NCBI GenBank assembly: GCA_018699495.1
Contig: JABIQV010000050.1
Span: forward strand, 3,712-67,711
Direction: 5' to 3'
Length of the DNA stretch: 64,000 bases
Source of the DNA: a bacterium
Lineage (GTDB): Bacteria; Margulisbacteria; Marinamargulisbacteria; JABIPA01
The notes beneath the pieces are model-generated. The model was not told the DNA's origin. It searched no databases and saw nothing but the letters and a program-made list of their open reading frames with translations. The translations under genes were made by a program, and so were the position numbers. This document shows positions 8,090 to 16,962 of the stretch, piece after piece. Position 1 is the stretch's first letter; each line of letters begins with the position of its first letter.

Positions 8090-10828
8090 ATGAACATAGG
8101 ACCCATTCAACCATCACATCAACCATCACCGGCATCACCGGCGGGGATCTCCTCGCCATCAACACAGACAAGTCCTCCAGGATATAAACTATCATCCCCT
8201 GACAAAATAAAAGCATTAGCTCACTCATTAAAGGATCTCCAAGATCTCACAGGAAATTGGGCAACTAAAACAAAAAGTAAATTCTTTGGGAGAGGAAAAT
8301 CGTTGAAAGAGCTGGATTATAAAATCAACACTTTTGATAAAGCGATAAAGACTGAAGGCATGACGGAAGATAAAGCAATGCAGCACATTCAGATGTTGAA
8401 GAAGGATGCCGACAGATACTTAAACAGAAATAAGGGGCTTTTTGGAGGATTATTAGGTAAAGATAATGCGGTAAAAACCTTACAAACCCGATTAAATTCC
8501 TACGAAACCAATCATACGACAGCCCATGAAAAAATAGATTCCGTGGATTCGTTTTGCGATAAATTTACGCAGATAGAAGGTCAAGATAAAAATGAAGTGT
8601 TTTATCAAGTACTGGCAAAAGAGTGTGAAAATAGATTTAATGAAGGCCGATTTAATCAATCCTCTCTAGGAGGCGTTTTTGGAGATATGATGAGTATTGC
8701 AGATGCGGAGGTAATGACGTTTCTCGAACCAAAGGCGAATGAGCTCAATACACAAGGATATGACTTAATTAAAGGGAAAATAAGCCCTAAATTTAAAGCC
8801 TTCTTAGAGAGTTTTTCTAAGATAGACCCTTGTGTTAAGGAATTTGTGACTAGAACGAAAGGAACTTCCCGGATGAAAGATCGCTTAACCGTTTGTCCGG
8901 ACGGGTTCGATTTAGTGGGGGATACGGTAGAAGAAGCGAAAACAAATTTTATTCAAAAGCTTAAGGAGTCTTTTTCACCTGAATTTGATAGTTTGGATTT
9001 CAATTCTACAGATGTGTTAACAGCACAGATCAACACCTGTGTAGATAAGCAAGACCACGGGATTTCAAGTCAAAAACGTGAAGCCTTGGAGATCTGTCGG
9101 GACTTTATTAAACCCTCATCTAAACAGAAACAGCTCCGTTATACATTTGATTTAGAAGTAGATGCTTACTTACAATTTAAGAAAGGTAAGATTGGAACAG
9201 AGTCGTTAATTGAGGGCTTATCTGAGATAAAAGATATCGATCAAACAGTGGCCTTGGATTATGTGTTTGGTTATCAAGAACGGGAATATGATTATCAAGA
9301 ACATGGAATGATGGATTCATCATTTAAACCCGCTTTATTACAAGATAAAAAGTGGAAGAAGTTTACAGAGGTCTGGGGACAATTTATAGAAGGAATAAAC
9401 GATCATTCAACGATGGAGCCTTCTGTAAAAGCATATGCGACGGAACGCGCAAAAAAATACCTTGAATCGGCTAAAACAGCACGCGAAAAAGAGATAGGTA
9501 TGAGCAAACTAGAAAAAGAGCAGCAGGTAAAAGATCGAGTCTCCTTAAAAAGAGTCGAACGTTATACCGTTAAAGCACGGTTAACACGATTGGAAAGGTG
9601 TTTTCGAGGAACATCCAATTTTATTGAAAAGACCTTTTTTGCAGATCGATACGCTAAACGAAAAATCATGAAATTAAAAAATACAATTGCGGAATTTGCG
9701 CTTGGGATCGCCAAGAAGGAGAGACCCCCTCGAGCGGATGAGCTGTTAGATGCACTTGACCATATCGAGGACGAAGTAAAGCGATATGGTGAAGAAAATC
9801 CAAAGATAAAAGACTTCTTAGAAGAAGAAGGTCAGAAATTAAAAGAAGAAGTCCGTACGCTCATTGAAAAAGACGGGTATGCCATTAAGATGAGGGAGAT
9901 TACACAAGTTGGAGACAACTCTCATATCACGTTTAATAATGGGGCAGAGCTCGTAATAACGGATCAATTTGCGCAAGGAGGAGAAGGTGTCATTCATCAT
10001 GGCGTTTTGAAGCACGAGGAGAAGGAAGAACCGGTCGTGGTTAAAAAGGTTCTGTTAGGATGGCACGAATACACTATAGGCGTTGATGCGAACAATTCGC
10101 TTCGAGAAGCGATTTCAGCAGCATCGATTGCTCCCCATCCCAATATTTTGCCGATATACTCTTCGAGTATCGTACTGGAAGGTGCAGAAGGGGAAGAAAT
10201 GGATAAACTCATTTTGGTTATGCCTCAAGCAAAAGGAGACGCAGAAAGTCTAGTTAAAGACATGCATAAAGCCCCGTTGGAAGAACGATCTACCCAGGTG
10301 ATCGACTTCGCAAAGCCTGTGTTAAGGGGGCTCGCTCATATGCATCAAGAAGGGCTTGTTCATCGTGACATCAAGCCCGGAAATATTATGATTGATCTGG
10401 ATGGAAAATTACGAATTGCAGATTTCGGAATTACCTGCCGATCAGACGATACGGAGGCGTTAACCTCTCTGGAAGGATCAACGAACTATATGAGTCCAGA
10501 ACACATGACGGCCCATGAAACCAAAAAACAATATTCTAGTAAAGCAGATATTTTTGCATTAGGGGTGATGATGTTTCAGTGCGTAACCGGCGATTCTTTG
10601 TATGAGGCGGCACATCCTATGGCGGACATGAATACAGTAGAGGACTGGGGTATCAAAGCATTTCACAAAACAATTGATTTAGACACAATGAACAGGGTCA
10701 TGAAGCATCCGAAATTAGCAGGGTTAGATATGAAAACAGTTGAAGTGATCAAGCTTTGTCTAAATCCAGACCCAGCTGCTCGATATAGTGCAGACCAATT
10801 ATTAAACATATTAGATTTAACCAGATAA
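8090..10828 (+). CDS. Large protein with a C-terminal Hanks-type Ser/Thr kinase domain and ~600 aa of unassigned N-terminal sequence
   Basis: 912-aa ORF with a strong SD. Kinase motifs: QGGEGV (Gly loop), VVVKKV (Lys), HRDIKPGN, ADFG, SPE. The N-terminus is Pro/Ser-rich (PSHQPSPASPAGISSPSTQTSPPG). I saw no TM segment or PASTA repeats. Confidence 0.85.
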   Translation: MNIGPIQPSHQPSPASPAGISSPSTQTSPPGYKLSSPDKIKALAHSLKDLQDLTGNWATKTKSKFFGRGKSLKELDYKINTFDKAIKTEGMTEDKAMQHIQMLKKDADRYLNRNKGLFGGLLGKDNAVKTLQTRLNSYETNHTTAHEKIDSVDSFCDKFTQIEGQDKNEVFYQVLAKECENRFNEGRFNQSSLGGVFGDMMSIADAEVMTFLEPKANELNTQGYDLIKGKISPKFKAFLESFSKIDPCVKEFVTRTKGTSRMKDRLTVCPDGFDLVGDTVEEAKTNFIQKLKESFSPEFDSLDFNSTDVLTAQINTCVDKQDHGISSQKREALEICRDFIKPSSKQKQLRYTFDLEVDAYLQFKKGKIGTESLIEGLSEIKDIDQTVALDYVFGYQEREYDYQEHGMMDSSFKPALLQDKKWKKFTEVWGQFIEGINDHSTMEPSVKAYATERAKKYLESAKTAREKEIGMSKLEKEQQVKDRVSLKRVERYTVKARLTRLERCFRGTSNFIEKTFFADRYAKRKIMKLKNTIAEFALGIAKKERPPRADELLDALDHIEDEVKRYGEENPKIKDFLEEEGQKLKEEVRTLIEKDGYAIKMREITQVGDNSHITFNNGAELVITDQFAQGGEGVIHHGVLKHEEKEEPVVVKKVLLGWHEYTIGVDANNSLREAISAASIAPHPNILPIYSSSIVLEGAEGEEMDKLILVMPQAKGDAESLVKDMHKAPLEERSTQVIDFAKPVLRGLAHMHQEGLVHRDIKPGNIMIDLDGKLRIADFGITCRSDDTEALTSLEGSTNYMSPEHMTAHETKKQYSSKADIFALGVMMFQCVTGDSLYEAAHPMADMNTVEDWGIKAFHKTIDLDTMNRVMKHPKLAGLDMKTVEVIKLCLNPDPAARYSADQLLNILDLTR

Positions 10829-10845
10829 AAAGCCCGTATAATCGA

Positions 10846-11733
10846 TTAAATCGATTCAAATAGTTGTGCACGACCAGAATCAAGATCACGACCCATCTGT
10901 GTGCAATTGTTTAGAAACCAAGAAACAGCCGATAACTTAATAGGGGAATCATTCATATTCAATGTTTGATTCTCAACATTCACAACAACGGACGTCTTTT
11001 GGATACTATTTTTTTCAGTATACGTTAATGTGTGGACGGATAATTTTGCAGAATAGACAGTGTCAGAGTGCGTACAATATTGATTGGTTAACAAGAGCGT
11101 TTTATTTGCCGAAAGGTTTTGTTGTTTCAATATAGACCCTACGACATCAAATACTTGCTGAAGAGATTCTGTACGTTTTTCTTTTCGACGAAACGTTTTA
11201 AGAACATCCAAAATATGAGTTAAAGAATCGGCGACATGAGAATTCTTATCCGAGGGGACTGATTTCCAACATATATCGGAAATATTATCACATCGAAGGT
11301 CTTGATGATGGACATTGAGAAATTGAAGGATTCGTTCGATAGGGGGGTCGATGGTGTCTTCTAGGTTCTGAGCACCAATCATCAGACGGTGGTGGCATGT
11401 TTTTTCGATCCAGCTATTGAGTCGAAAAAATAAACGCTTTAAATCTTTAGATTGAGCGCGTTTTCCGTTGCATAGAAAAAGGGAATCTTCTAAAGAATAA
11501 TCAAAGAGAAACGTAGTATCTAGATTGGATTCTAACCACACAAAGTGTGTGTCACTAAATTGCATAGCATATAGAATCGATGTGGGTTCTATTTTGTGAG
11601 GAACACTCAATGCCTGAGAAATTTTTTGAGGAAATAATTGGTGTAGAGACGACAGCCACGATACATCATGTTTTTTTAATTGCTGCCATATTTCTTGAGT
11701 TAAAAGTTGATTAATATCAATGGAATTTTTCAT
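10846..11733 (-). CDS. Hypothetical protein (295 aa), no recognisable domain
   Basis: Long uninterrupted ORF that fills the gap between the kinase gene and the binding-protein gene. No motif recognised. Confidence 0.55.
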   Translation of the reverse strand: MKNSIDINQLLTQEIWQQLKKHDVSWLSSLHQLFPQKISQALSVPHKIEPTSILYAMQFSDTHFVWLESNLDTTFLFDYSLEDSLFLCNGKRAQSKDLKRLFFRLNSWIEKTCHHRLMIGAQNLEDTIDPPIERILQFLNVHHQDLRCDNISDICWKSVPSDKNSHVADSLTHILDVLKTFRRKEKRTESLQQVFDVVGSILKQQNLSANKTLLLTNQYCTHSDTVYSAKLSVHTLTYTEKNSIQKTSVVVNVENQTLNMNDSPIKLSAVSWFLNNCTQMGRDLDSGRAQLFESI

Positions 11734-11764
11734 ATGTAGAGAATATTATGGTATCATAAAATTT

Positions 11765-12838
11765 ATGAAAAATCGATTTATTATGATTGTTATTGCGTGC
11801 ATCATGATAGCCCATAATTCGATTGGTTCGATTGAAAATAACCAATTGCCCATTAAGATTGGAATGTCCATGGCATTATCGGGTCCGGCAGGTGATTTAG
11901 GACAGCGACTATTAAAAGGCATTCAACCCGTCATTCAACGCGTCAATCAAGAGGGCGGGGTAAAGGGACGCAAAATTCAACTGATCATAAAAGACGATCA
12001 ATATAAACCAGATCTCACGGTAAAAAATACAATTAAAATGTTAAAACATGATCAAGTGGATCTTTTTTTCTCGTTTGTTGGCACGCCAACAGTGTCCAAA
12101 GTAGCACCGTTATTTTTAAGTTATGATCGTATGCTGTTTTTTCCCTTTACAGGAGCAGAAAACCTACGCTTGTCCCCTTTAGACGGACACATTTATCACA
12201 ATAGACCGAGTTACTGGGTGGAAACGAAAACAATAGTGGATTACTTAGTTACTCAAGGTAAAAAAAAGATTGCTATTTTTTTTCAGCATGATAGTTTTGG
12301 ACAAAATGGTCGGGTTGGGGTTATCAAAACATTAAAAAAATACCAATTAGAACCCACACTATCAGTCAATTATAGGCGGAATCAATTTGATGTCGAACAA
12401 GCTCAAGAAGTAGCGGATATGATCCATGATTCGCAATCCGATGCGGTGATTTGTATTGCGAATCATTCAGCTTCTGCGAAGCTAATCAAAGCTATCCGCG
12501 AAACAAGTCGTATCCCTATTGCCAACGTATCGTTTGCGGATCCTATCGAACTCGTGTCGATGCTTATAGCCGATGACAAATCGTCAGACAAAGAACACTA
12601 TGTATCTCAATTGATACATTCGATTGTCGTTCCATATGACAAGGTTATCCAAACAATCGGACATTTTGATCCTATTAGATATGAAGGATATGCAAACACA
12701 ACATTGTTAACCCAACTATTGGATAAAATATCCTCACCAATTTCACAATGGACACCACAAGATGTGCAGAAACAGTTGAGGCCATCCGATCACTCATTTA
12801 TCATTCACTACCAAGATGGTAGTTGGAAGCCTATCTAG
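11765..12838 (+). CDS. Type-1 periplasmic binding protein (Leu/Ile/Val-binding, ANF-receptor-like), orphan with no ABC partners nearby
   Basis: Signal-like N-terminus MKNRFIMIVIACIMIAHNSIG. IKIGMSMALSGPAGDLGQ...VNQEGGVKGRKIQLIIKDDQYKPD is typical of LivK-like proteins. The tracked ORF starts at 11720; ATG 11765 gives the signal peptide. Confidence 0.8.
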   Translation: MKNRFIMIVIACIMIAHNSIGSIENNQLPIKIGMSMALSGPAGDLGQRLLKGIQPVIQRVNQEGGVKGRKIQLIIKDDQYKPDLTVKNTIKMLKHDQVDLFFSFVGTPTVSKVAPLFLSYDRMLFFPFTGAENLRLSPLDGHIYHNRPSYWVETKTIVDYLVTQGKKKIAIFFQHDSFGQNGRVGVIKTLKKYQLEPTLSVNYRRNQFDVEQAQEVADMIHDSQSDAVICIANHSASAKLIKAIRETSRIPIANVSFADPIELVSMLIADDKSSDKEHYVSQLIHSIVVPYDKVIQTIGHFDPIRYEGYANTTLLTQLLDKISSPISQWTPQDVQKQLRPSDHSFIIHYQDGSWKPI

Positions 12839-14743
12839 ATGAAAAAATCATTAGCCAAACAAATCTATTATAAGGTTTTAGTCATTTTACTGGCGTTATG
12901 CTGTCTGATTTGTACAGTAATCGGTATTTATCTCGATCGCACACTCAGTCAAGATAATATAGCCAAGGCGTCGATGCTAGCCACCACGATTGCAAATAAT
13001 TCTGCTGTGGATATGGTACGTCTGGATATTGCAGAACAGCAGGATTTGCTCAACGCTTATGCGAAAGCGGACGATATAGAGTATATTTACATATTAGATC
13101 AACATAAGGCGTTGCTACTTCATACGTTTACACCGATTCCTCCAGCAGTAATTCTCGAACAAGGGACCCTATTTAACATTAATAAAGAGCCACGAATGAT
13201 TGAGTCACTTCAAGTAATCGAAGTAAATCATCCGATATTACAAGGCGCATTAGGTTGGGTGTTTGTTGGAATGAATAAACGCGTCATTCAAAAACGTATG
13301 ATAGAGGTGATTGTCCAAATATCTGTGATATGTCTTCTATTAGGGCTGGTATCGTTATTGATCATGAAGCGTTTCATACGATCTATAACATTTCCACTAA
13401 ACGAACTCTGTCATATCACCCAAGAAAGCAGAGAAAATCAATTCAAATTAACGTCTGACCATATCCATAAACTGGAAGAATTTCAGAAAGATGGTAGTGA
13501 AATTGGCACATTAAGTAAGGAATATCACAATTTGTATACCGAACTAAAAACGTATATTAAAGAATTATCCGAGCACTTAACAGAACGAGCGACTCTTCAG
13601 AAGGAATTGGCTATTGCTCACAAGATTCAAATGAGTTTACTTATTAAAAAACCGGAAATGAATCATTCAAAGGCACTCACTTTTAGCACGTTTATTAAAA
13701 CAGCCAAGGAAGTCGGCGGCGACTTCTATGATGTGATTGAAAAGAATAAAGTCGTATTCGTTATGATAGGGGATGTGTCTGGGAAAGGCGTCTCAGCGGC
13801 ACTCTTTATGACGGCCGTTCTAACGTCTATTCGAACAGCAATCCAAGAGATGGATGATCCATCCGATATCATAACAAGCGTGAATCAACATATTAGTAAA
13901 GAAAGTTCAACGATGTTTGTTAGTGTATTTTTGGCCGCTATAGAAGTGGAAACAGGTGTAACACAATTTGTAAATGCTGGGCATTTATCCCCTATTTTAT
14001 GGAAGGATCGTCCCGAACAGCTTCCATTAACAGGGGGACAATTAATGGGCATAGATCCGTACTTCTTCTATGAATCCAAAACTGTGATATTGAAAAATAA
14101 TCATCAACTCATTTTGTTTACAGACGGCATAAATGAATCAAGTAATGAAGCAGCTGAATTCGGAGGACAGGAGAGGATCATAGGCTGTTTAGATACGCTC
14201 ACCAAAGACACGACCGAAAAAACATTAAATACGATATTAGAAACCTGCGATAATTTTGCTAGCGAGACGGAATACCATGATGATCGGACTATTGTCGTGA
14301 CCCAATTTAAAAAAACGTCAATCGAATTGCCTAATCCACTCTCTTTTTATATCGAAAATGATATCGAGGAATTAATCAAAGTACAACAGGTCGTTCAGAC
14401 AGTTTGTGACGCGTATTCTTTATCAGAAAACATGGCATATACACTTAATTTAATCATAGAAGAATTAGTGGCTAATACGATTTATCATGGATATACCCAT
14501 CATAAAAAAGAGCATATATTCATTGAGATGGATAGTCAGGACACTCAAATGGTATTGACCATCCACGATACAGGTGTTCCATTTAATCCATTATTATATG
14601 TTCCCGAGGAGACAGCTATCTCTATCCAAGATAAAAGAGCCGGTGGGTTAGGTATAAAATTAATTCAAAAACTCTGTGATTCCATAACCTATAATCGAGA
14701 AGAGGATAAGAATATTGTTCAAATAACAAAGGAGAAGGTATGA
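12839..14743 (+). CDS. Membrane sensor with fused PP2C/SpoIIE phosphatase and RsbW-like HATPase kinase domains (TM, extracytoplasmic loop, TM, HAMP-like, coiled coil, PP2C, HATPase)
   Basis: Two hydrophobic segments (about aa 11-31 and 154-176). PP2C Asp motifs GGDFYD, GDVSGKG, FTDGI, HDDRT. C-terminal N-box EELVANTIYHG and G-boxes HDTGVPF and GGLGIKL. The ATG directly follows the upstream TAG. Confidence 0.85.
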   Translation: MKKSLAKQIYYKVLVILLALCCLICTVIGIYLDRTLSQDNIAKASMLATTIANNSAVDMVRLDIAEQQDLLNAYAKADDIEYIYILDQHKALLLHTFTPIPPAVILEQGTLFNINKEPRMIESLQVIEVNHPILQGALGWVFVGMNKRVIQKRMIEVIVQISVICLLLGLVSLLIMKRFIRSITFPLNELCHITQESRENQFKLTSDHIHKLEEFQKDGSEIGTLSKEYHNLYTELKTYIKELSEHLTERATLQKELAIAHKIQMSLLIKKPEMNHSKALTFSTFIKTAKEVGGDFYDVIEKNKVVFVMIGDVSGKGVSAALFMTAVLTSIRTAIQEMDDPSDIITSVNQHISKESSTMFVSVFLAAIEVETGVTQFVNAGHLSPILWKDRPEQLPLTGGQLMGIDPYFFYESKTVILKNNHQLILFTDGINESSNEAAEFGGQERIIGCLDTLTKDTTEKTLNTILETCDNFASETEYHDDRTIVVTQFKKTSIELPNPLSFYIENDIEELIKVQQVVQTVCDAYSLSENMAYTLNLIIEELVANTIYHGYTHHKKEHIFIEMDSQDTQMVLTIHDTGVPFNPLLYVPEETAISIQDKRAGGLGIKLIQKLCDSITYNREEDKNIVQITKEKV

Positions 14744-15048
14744 CGATTCAAATAGAAAAACAACTCGGGCAATACATGGTGACAATTTCAGGCCGAATAG
14801 ATGCTCAAACGGCGCCAGATATTCAAAAAAAGGTAGATACACTCCTCACAGAAGATCTACCAGTTATTACGTTCCATTTGGGCGATGTGAATTATATTTC
14901 CAGTGCAGGGTTATCGATATTTCTGCGCCTGGCCAAACAAGCAAATATGTTTAATGAGAGGGTGGTGTTAAAAGGCTTGAATGATATGCTCAAATCTCTT
15001 TTTAAGATATCTGGAATTGAACATTTTTTTGACTTTTCAGAACGCTAA
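14740..15048 (+). CDS. STAS-domain anti-sigma-factor antagonist (RsbV/SpoIIAA-like)
   Basis: 102 aa. Contains the DVNYISSAGLSIFL motif with the conserved phosphorylatable Ser. ATGA start/stop overlap with the upstream gene, and the RBS aaggag lies within it. Confidence 0.85.
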   Translation: MTIQIEKQLGQYMVTISGRIDAQTAPDIQKKVDTLLTEDLPVITFHLGDVNYISSAGLSIFLRLAKQANMFNERVVLKGLNDMLKSLFKISGIEHFFDFSER

Positions 15049-15183
15049 AGAATCCAGTTAGTCCTATTTTGAAATTAAAGTCATTACTATATTGAACAAA
15101 ACATGGCATAACGGCAGACGACTAAATTATCCCAAACACAAACAATTGAAACAAATATAATAACCTGTTAAATTTAAAAGGTT

Positions 15184-16761
15184 ATGTTTAGTTCTATTCA
15201 GCCCTATTCCAATTTCACACCATTTTCTCCAGTAAATTGGGATGTTCTCATCCCTGAAAACCATGGGGCCCCTTTTCTTTTATCTAAAGAAGCCATTCAA
15301 AAAATATTTCCCGAACAAAACCTTTTTAATAAGTTAAACATAGTCGGGCAATCGATGGGAACATGCTACGATGAAAATGGTCTATTATCCCAAGCAACCA
15401 TAATCGGACAACTAAAAAAAGATAATGCAACCCACCTGCTCATCCGAATACCCGCACATACGCTATATAAAAATGGTCAATTAGTTCATTCTAACGATAC
15501 GCTAAGCTCAAATTGCCTAACTTTTTCTCACACAAAACTCAGCAAACCTGTACCTCTCACAAAAATACTAGCCGCAGAAAAAACGACCCTAGAAGATTGG
15601 GCGATAGTCCTCACAGCCCCCACACAAGCACTCGCCTCTGTAAGCACAGAAATGCTAAAATATCAGGGACCACCTATAATGATGTACAGAGAAAACGACA
15701 GCCTGATGTGCTGTGTAGGAACAGACCTGCCTCCTCAAACAGGATCAGCTATATCCAGCATAGCCAACTATCCCTCGCAACCTGGCCTAAGCGGAGCGCT
15801 CCTATTGGGTCCTCGTCCAGCAATGCATACAGCCACATCACGAGACCAAAGCACAAAAACCGGCATATTTTTAGATGAATTGCCCCTTCAATTCCAAACA
15901 CAAGAGGTATGGTTCAATACTCCTCCAGAAGTCCCATTAAACCTCCCTCTATGCTACGAGACTATTGCAGTAGAAGAATCTTTGTCATCAGCTGAAAAAG
16001 AACTATACAAACTACTAATCCCAGCAGACCCTCCCTTCTCAACGATAATGACCCAAAATGAAAATGCATTCCTTAAGATCGGTTTAGATGACCTCAAAGA
16101 AGCGATAGGAAAATGCATAGAAAGATTACCTAGTTCTGGTGAATCCAGAACAGAGGTACTGATCGAGAATCTCAAACCAACTATCAAGCGTCCAAATGAG
16201 TCAGAAAACACCCTAAGGTTCGGAACCAGAAACGGAAAAAGCGTGATATTAGAGTGGTTGGGTAAAAAAAAAGGTGGCGCATTAGCCCACATGATTATGT
16301 CCAAATCCACACTGTATAATTTCAAACTCTTATCACTACTCATTAGCTTAATTACAAAACAATCAGTATCACTCCGACACCTTGAAAAAGATGGAGCAAC
16401 TGCCTTAATGATAATCACTACCGACAATCAAGACCATCGCTACCTACTATTACGAGAAAACCCAGATAAAAAACTCGAAATACAAATACTCAAACTAGAG
16501 AAAAAACGCTTCCCAAATAAAACACCTTCTTTTGATCTTGATACAACAGTCACCATTCGAAGAGATACAACCTATAGATACCAATTGGCCTGTAATAAAC
16601 AAGACACAGGAATCAGATTTGATGGAAAAGGAGAGTCTGTCTGCCTAGATCCGAACGAATACGGTGACGATTTTGCTAAACTACTCCAAAAGCCTTCCTA
16701 TAACCCCTCAACTAACCTCTTAGACTTTCTAAAACAATGTTTAATAGAAGGATGTAATTAA
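15184..16761 (+). CDS. Hypothetical protein (525 aa); the N-terminal third has a candidate trypsin-like H/D/S arrangement
   Basis: Long ORF in a C-rich coding strand. QPGLSGALLLG resembles the GxSGxxL nucleophile motif, with upstream His (ATHLLIRIPAH) and Asp (EDWAIVL) candidates. Otherwise unrecognised. Confidence 0.6.
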   Translation: MFSSIQPYSNFTPFSPVNWDVLIPENHGAPFLLSKEAIQKIFPEQNLFNKLNIVGQSMGTCYDENGLLSQATIIGQLKKDNATHLLIRIPAHTLYKNGQLVHSNDTLSSNCLTFSHTKLSKPVPLTKILAAEKTTLEDWAIVLTAPTQALASVSTEMLKYQGPPIMMYRENDSLMCCVGTDLPPQTGSAISSIANYPSQPGLSGALLLGPRPAMHTATSRDQSTKTGIFLDELPLQFQTQEVWFNTPPEVPLNLPLCYETIAVEESLSSAEKELYKLLIPADPPFSTIMTQNENAFLKIGLDDLKEAIGKCIERLPSSGESRTEVLIENLKPTIKRPNESENTLRFGTRNGKSVILEWLGKKKGGALAHMIMSKSTLYNFKLLSLLISLITKQSVSLRHLEKDGATALMIITTDNQDHRYLLLRENPDKKLEIQILKLEKKRFPNKTPSFDLDTTVTIRRDTTYRYQLACNKQDTGIRFDGKGESVCLDPNEYGDDFAKLLQKPSYNPSTNLLDFLKQCLIEGCN

Positions 16762-16873
16762 GGACTTGGAGGAACCGGGGCACAGTAAATTAAGAAACGT
16801 CTTTCAAAGATATTATGACAACTTTAGGAATCCGCCATTTCAATTATGAGAATTAACAATTAAACAAAGATAG

Positions 16874-16948
16874 CCCTTTTCTCCTACTCTTGATACAACA
16901 GTCACCATTCAAAGAGATAAAATCTATAGATTCCAATTAACCTACACT
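16874..16948 (+). pseudogene. Relic fragment homologous to the 3' region of the 15184-16761 gene (remnant of a lost paralog)
   Basis: 16888-16938 matches 16536-16586 at 47 of 51 nt. In the homologous frame it reads PFSPTLDTTVTIQRDKIYRFQLTYT, against PSFDLDTTVTIRRDTTYRYQLACN in the intact gene. A stop codon lies immediately upstream (16871-16873). Confidence 0.65.
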
Positions 16949-16962
16949 TGTTTGTTCGTTTG

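Noticed and set aside
15145-15183. Small stem (aacct N12 aggtt) overlapping the RBS region of the 525-aa gene as a regulatory hairpin
   Set aside because: The stem is only 5 bp in AT-rich sequence, which is not distinguishable from chance.
15513-16427. Long alternative-frame and antisense ORFs inside the 525-aa gene (15513-15878 +, 15954-16427 -)
   Set aside because: They lie entirely within a longer ORF. Their products are low-complexity (Arg/Ser/Pro-rich or Ser-rich). They are explained by the locally stop-poor, C-rich composition.
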